Shown here: piece by piece, positions 27,644-32,000 of the stretch
Position numbering within the stretch: position 1 is the stretch's first letter
Layout of the letters: every line of letters begins with the position of its first letter
NCBI RefSeq assembly: GCF_000196555.1
Contig: NC_015067.1
Location: 1,710,001-1,742,000 of the forward strand
DNA: 32,000 nucleotides
From: Bifidobacterium longum subsp. longum JCM 1217
GTDB lineage: Bacteria; Actinomycetota; Actinomycetes; Actinomycetales; Bifidobacteriaceae
Reading direction: 5' to 3'
Position numbers and translations under genes: made by a program
The notes under the pieces: model-generated
Told to the model about the DNA's origin: nothing
Databases searched by the model: none
What the model saw: only the letters and a program-made list of their open reading frames with translations

Positions 27644-29107
27644 CTAGTTCAGCGCTTCCATAAGCTGCTCGAATCCCAGGGTGGGCTCGGCCTCGAAGGG
27701 ATCGAGGAGTATGGCTTCCCGGCGTTCGGGGGCGGTCAGGGTCAGGTGGGTCCAGTCGGCGGAGAACTGGGCTCCGACGTTCAGGGCCGCGTCCACGAAC
27801 CGGCCACGCAGGGCGGCACGGGTGTCGGTCGGCGGATTGTGCACGGCGTATTCCACGTTGTCTCCTGTCAGCAGCTCACGCATCTGGTTGCGGGCTACGA
27901 GCGAACCGTACAGGCGACCGTTGGCGATGTCGTGGTAGTCGAGCTCAAGCTGTTCCATCTGAGCGAAGGTGACGTCCGGGCGACGGCGTTTGAGCGCGTC
28001 GAACAGACGCTTCTTGGCGGCCCAGTCCACGCGGTCGGCGAGCGCATCGTATGCACCACGCTCCAGCGCGTCCAGAACGCGGCTCCACTCCCCCATAATC
28101 GTGTCGATCGTGGTGGCCGGCAGCGAACTTGCCAGCGCATCGCCATGGGTTTCGATGAAGGCCTTGACCGCCGCATAATACCGGCGCTGCAGACCCAGTG
28201 CGGACACGGATTCGCCTGATTCGAGCGTCAGTTCGGCGCGCGGATTGTCAAGGAATCGACTGACCGTGCGATTGGCGGCAGCCGGATCAGCAAAGGCATA
28301 CTGCTCGAATCCGGACGGAACGCCATGGCGGAAGGCGTCTTCGATCGCGCACAGCACAAGGTGCGTGACGGCAAGCTTCATCCATGTGGACCATTGCGAA
28401 CGGTTCGAGTCGCCGATGATCACATGCAGCCGGCGGAAGGAGTCGGGGTCGGCGTGCGGTTCGTCGCGCGTGTTGACCATCGGGCGGGAGCGGGTGGTGG
28501 CCGAGGAGACGGCCTCGTCCAGGAAGTCCGCGCGCTGGGTGATCTGGAAGCCGTCCGGGGTCATGCGGCCGGCACCGGTGTACAGCTGGCGGGTGATGAG
28601 GAACGGCAGCAGCTGGTGTTCGATGGTCTCCAACGGCACGAAGCGGCGGACCAGGTAGTTTTCGTGGCAGCCGAAGGCGTGGCCGGCGGAGTCGACGTTG
28701 TTTTTGAACACATGGATCGTGGCGTGTGCGCCGTAGGATTCGCGCAGCTTGCGCTGGGCCTTCAGGGCTAGGTTGCGCATCACGTGTTCGCCGGCGAGGT
28801 CCTGGGCCAGGGCCTCGCGCGGATCGCGCGCTTCGGCGGTGGCGTATTCGGGGTGGGATCCGACGTCCAGATACAGACGTGAGCCATTGGCCAGATACGT
28901 GTTGGTGGAGCGGGAACGGGAGACGATGGGCTGGAACATGGTCATCGCCACCTGGCCGGCGTCCACGGGGCGTTCGGCACCGGTGACCGCCACGCCGTAT
29001 TCGGTTTCGACGCCGAAAATACGGCAGAACCCGTCCATCTCGGCGGATGGTACGGGTTCCGTGGCGTGCAGGGAGCGGGTGCCGCTGTCACGCAGTTGGG
29101 GCATCAC
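27644..29107 (-). CDS. pafA: Pup-protein ligase PafA
   Basis: [11 protein letters not shown]..., [62 protein letters not shown], and it lacks the Dop loop. GTG 29107 and ATG 29104 overlap the pup stop (GTGATGA). An alternative internal start is ATG 29038 (MDGFCRIFG...). Confidence 0.93.
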
Positions 29108-29307
29108 TCGCCGCCTTTTTGCACGAAGCTGTTGACGTATTCCTCGGCGTTGGTTTCCAAGGCGGATTCGATGTCGTCGAGGATGTCGTCCAACACGTCG
29201 GCTTGGTCGGTGGACTCGGTTTGGGCGGCGGCCTGCGTAGTGGCGAGGGCGTCGTCTTCCTGGGTCGCGGCCTGCTGTGCTTGAGGTTGTTCGAATTGTT
29301 GTGGCAT
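29104..29307 (-). CDS. pup: Prokaryotic ubiquitin-like protein Pup (C-terminal GGE)
   Basis: 67 aa from ATG 29307. ...[31 protein letters not shown] matches the conserved Pup C-terminal half. The upstream part of the 88-aa track ORF runs through a repeat element and is not used. Confidence 0.9.
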
Positions 29308-29334
29308 GTTGTCTTCTTCTTGGGCTGTCAAACT

Positions 29335-29383
29335 CCCCTCAGTCAGCCTTCGGCCGACGGCTCCCCTCACCCGAGGGGGAGCC
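29335..29383. repeat. Half-copy of the composite REP-like element seen at 463-588
   Basis: cccctcagtcagccttcggccgacggctcccctcacccgagggggagcc is collinear with 545-588 (cccctcagtcagcttcgctgacagctcccctgtcaaggggagct). It contains two hairpins and lies between the IMPase-like gene and pup. Confidence 0.7.
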
Positions 29384-29405
29384 GGAGGAGACAGGAATTA
29401 TCGAA

Positions 29406-30302
29406 TTATCGCTGGTTGATGGAGTCGGGCCACGGATACTGGTGCAGGTAATGCTGTAGTTCGCGGATGATGAGTCCGTTGGAGGCCACTACATCGTTAT
29501 CGTGACGCCAGTGGATGCGTTCGCCGTCCCAACGGCTCAGCGTGCCCTGCGCCTCCCAGACCACCACGGTGCCGGCGGCGATGGCGGGGATATCCCACAC
29601 GTGCAGCATCGGCTCGAAGTAGGCGTCGTAGGTGCCGTCGGCCACTTTGCACAGGTCGAGCGAGGCAGGGCCCACACGCTTGATGTCGGCCGGGCGTCCG
29701 GCGAGCGAGGATGCCACGTCGAGCGCACGCTGCGATTCGCCGGGCAAGAAGGACATGCCGTAGCCCAGCACGGAACCATCCAGTGAGGAGGTCATCGACG
29801 GCACGACTTTGTCGCGCTTTTCGCCGACCGTGGTTTTGTGGATGCGCACGGCGCCCGCTCCCCTGGCGGCCAGGTAGGTCAGGCCGAGGGCCGGGGCGTG
29901 CACGATGCCGATGATCGGCTTGGGCTCATTGTCCGGGCCGAATTCGAACAGGGCGGCGGTCACTGTCCATTCGCTCATATGGCGTACGTAGTTGATTACA
30001 CCGTCGATTTTGCCGATGTACCAGTAACGCTGGCCGGGGCGGCTTTCGGCGGGTCGGGTGGTCCAGAAGCCGTCGAAGTGGGCGATGTCGGCGATTCTGG
30101 AGCTCATAAAGCGCAAAATCTTGCTGTCGACTTCGAGCTTATAGCGGGGACCATGATCCGCGTTCTCGGCGCTCGGCTGGGCGAGGTTACGCGGATTGAG
30201 CTGGTCGTGGAGGGCATGCTGACCGGCTTCTTCGAGAAGGCCGGCGACTTTGAGCGCAAGGTTGCGCAGGTCCTGTGGGGTCTCTTCGCGTGTTTCTTCC
30301 AT
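29406..30302 (-). CDS. Inositol monophosphatase (IMPase/FBPase-fold) family protein with a divergent metal-binding motif
   Basis: WYIGKIDGVINY aligns to the canonical W-x-[IV]-D-P-[IL]-D-G-T-x-N-[FY]. VWDIPAIAAG...EAQG aligns to the WDxAAG...EAGG block. ATG 30302 (MEETRE...) or TTG 30311 is the start, 11 nt after the dop stop. Confidence 0.75.
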   Translation of the reverse strand: MEETREETPQDLRNLALKVAGLLEEAGQHALHDQLNPRNLAQPSAENADHGPRYKLEVDSKILRFMSSRIADIAHFDGFWTTRPAESRPGQRYWYIGKIDGVINYVRHMSEWTVTAALFEFGPDNEPKPIIGIVHAPALGLTYLAARGAGAVRIHKTTVGEKRDKVVPSMTSSLDGSVLGYGMSFLPGESQRALDVASSLAGRPADIKRVGPASLDLCKVADGTYDAYFEPMLHVWDIPAIAAGTVVVWEAQGTLSRWDGERIHWRHDNDVVASNGLIIRELQHYLHQYPWPDSINQR

Positions 30303-30313
30303 AGCTACCAAGT

Positions 30314-31981
30314 CTATCGTTCGGCGTTGATGGCCAGCGACTTCAGCAGATCGATGGCGTGTTCGGCCGAATTGAGTTCGGTTTCGCAGCGCGCCTTGGT
30401 GAAGGCGAGCGGATCGGAGATGTCGAGGGAGAACAGGTGATGGTCGGTAGCGGCCATATGGCCGGCATTGCCGTAGAATTCGACAGCCTCGCCCTCGTCT
30501 GCGGCGCGCGGGTCGCGAACAGTGAGTCGGGACCAGCTGGCGGCGGCCACCTCATCGCCGAATTGCGCCACGAGTTTTGCCCTGAGCCAGGCGCGGGTGT
30601 CTTCCGGCGGTTCGGTAGTGGCGCGTGCGATGTCGGCGGCGCTCACCACCCGTTCGGTGCGGGGTTCGAGTTTGGTGAAGATGCTGTCCGCGGGGTCGAG
30701 CGCCGCCCATTTCAGGTCGATGACCTTCAGTCGCGGGTCGTTCCAGCCATTGGCCACGCTGGGCGCAGCTGCCGCGGTGATTTTGCGGCGCAGTTTTTCG
30801 AGCAGCTGCCATTTGAGCAGCCATTCGATGCGGCTGGCCTCGCCGGTCATGGCCAGACGTTCGTCATCGCCGGCGGTGTGACGGATGGAGGCGCAGTCGA
30901 TGAGCGCCTGCTGCCACATCGCCATGATGGATGTGGTGGATTTGTCCGGCCAGGCGGGCTCGCCGGCGGTGTCGGTGCCTTCGACCAGTGCGGCGACCTG
31001 GTAGACGGCTTGGCGCAGTTTGAGCTGGATAAGCCATGCGTTGGTTTCGCCGCCGTTGGCCAGCGGCAGGCTTGCGCCCAGCGTCAGGTCGTGGGAGACG
31101 GTGTGCATGGCTTCGACTGGGTCAGACAGTTCGAGTTCGTCGAGGAAGGCGTTCAGATCGAATCCGGCTTCGTCCGCGTGTTCGAGCAGCCACAGCAGCA
31201 TGCTCGTGGTGCCGAGTTTCAGGGCCTGCGGTACCTCCATACGGTTGGCGTCGCCGACGATGACGTGCAGGCGGCGGTATTCGTCGGTGGAGTGGGATTC
31301 GTCGCGCGTGTTGATAATCGGGCGTTCGAAGGTGGTTTGCAGGCCGACTTTGACGTGGATGTAGTCGGCGCGCTGGCTGAGCTGATAGCCGGGGATTTCG
31401 CTGTTCTCGCCGATTCCTACGCGGCCGGAGCCGGCGTAGATCTGGCGGGTGACGAAGTGGAGGGTCATCAGGCGCGTGACTAGGTCAAATGGCACTGAGC
31501 GGGCCATCATATAGTTCTCGTGCGCGCCCCAGCAGGAGCCCTTGCCGTCCACATTGTTGCGATGCAGGGCGATGGGGGCGCCGGTCTGTGTGCGGGCGCG
31601 TTCGGTGGCGGCCTGCATGATGAGGTCTCCGGCACGGTCATAGCGGGCCGCTTCGAACGGGTCGGTGGTTTCCGGTGCCGAGTATTCGGGATGGGCGTGG
31701 TCCACGTAGACGCGGCCACCGTTGGGGGCGATCACGTTGGTGATGTTGAGTTGTGGGGCGTCGGTGAGCATGTCCGGTCGGGCGGCGGCACGTTCGAGTC
31801 GGGTGCCGCGCGCGTCGTTGACCGGGTCCTCCTGCCGGTAGTCCCAGCGGATGGATTTGCTGTGGCTGTCCGCGGCGCCGTTCACCACGTCGAAGGACAG
31901 TTGCACCGGGTTGTAGCGGTCCGGGGTGTTCAGGGATACCGCGTATTCGGTTTCGGTGCCCATCACTCGTTTGACGGTCAT
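30314..31981 (-). CDS. dop: Pup deamidase/depupylase Dop
   Basis: 555 aa. MGTETEYAV, the Dop-specific loop ...IRWDYRQEDPVNDARG..., VYVDHAHPEYSAPE, NNVDGKGSCWGAHENYMM, and INTRDESHSTDEYRRLHVIVGDAN. AAGGAG Shine-Dalgarno just upstream. Confidence 0.93.
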   Translation of the reverse strand: MTVKRVMGTETEYAVSLNTPDRYNPVQLSFDVVNGAADSHSKSIRWDYRQEDPVNDARGTRLERAAARPDMLTDAPQLNITNVIAPNGGRVYVDHAHPEYSAPETTDPFEAARYDRAGDLIMQAATERARTQTGAPIALHRNNVDGKGSCWGAHENYMMARSVPFDLVTRLMTLHFVTRQIYAGSGRVGIGENSEIPGYQLSQRADYIHVKVGLQTTFERPIINTRDESHSTDEYRRLHVIVGDANRMEVPQALKLGTTSMLLWLLEHADEAGFDLNAFLDELELSDPVEAMHTVSHDLTLGASLPLANGGETNAWLIQLKLRQAVYQVAALVEGTDTAGEPAWPDKSTTSIMAMWQQALIDCASIRHTAGDDERLAMTGEASRIEWLLKWQLLEKLRRKITAAAAPSVANGWNDPRLKVIDLKWAALDPADSIFTKLEPRTERVVSAADIARATTEPPEDTRAWLRAKLVAQFGDEVAAASWSRLTVRDPRAADEGEAVEFYGNAGHMAATDHHLFSLDISDPLAFTKARCETELNSAEHAIDLLKSLAINAER

Positions 31982-32000
31982 GTAGTGCTCCTTGAGCTTG

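Noticed and set aside
30359-31483. 374-aa ORF antisense to dop (similar shadows occur at 6616-7767, 3479-4345, 4736-5539, 14166-14756 and 25941-26696)
   Set aside because: These are shadow ORFs opposite strongly supported genes, with Gly/Ala/Arg/His-rich composition typical of non-coding frames in GC-rich DNA.

Overview
High-GC (about 60%) actinobacterial chromosome segment. Gene content and protein sequences look Bifidobacterium-like, but that assignment is inference. Most of the window is conserved core. It holds clpC, a tandem-USP gene, a DUF3027/cold-shock-domain pair and a TPM-domain/response-regulator/histidine-kinase operon. It also holds a lone WXG100 gene, cspA-groEL with two CIRCE operators, a LytR_C gene, ung and a six-gene MoxR-DUF58-vWA operon joined by five 4-nt overlaps. 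Further along are purB, a large UPF0104/MprF-like membrane protein, hup (HU), and a pupylation locus with no proteasome genes in the window (dop, an IMPase-like gene, pup, pafA). The only accessory-looking stretch is about 19.25-22.2 kb. It contains a translationally coupled small WXG-like protein plus a WXG100-like/alpha-beta-hydrolase fusion, which I rate the most interesting candidate (a type-VII-style lipase effector). It also contains an AT-rich hicAB toxin-antitoxin islet whose hicA toxin is frameshifted, and a 79-bp palindromic element. A GC-rich composite hairpin repeat family (GCTCCCC-loop-GGGGAGC modules) recurs in several intergenic regions. I saw no rRNA, tRNA, CRISPR array or transposase. 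All calls come from reading the supplied ORF translations and the DNA by eye; no database search was run.
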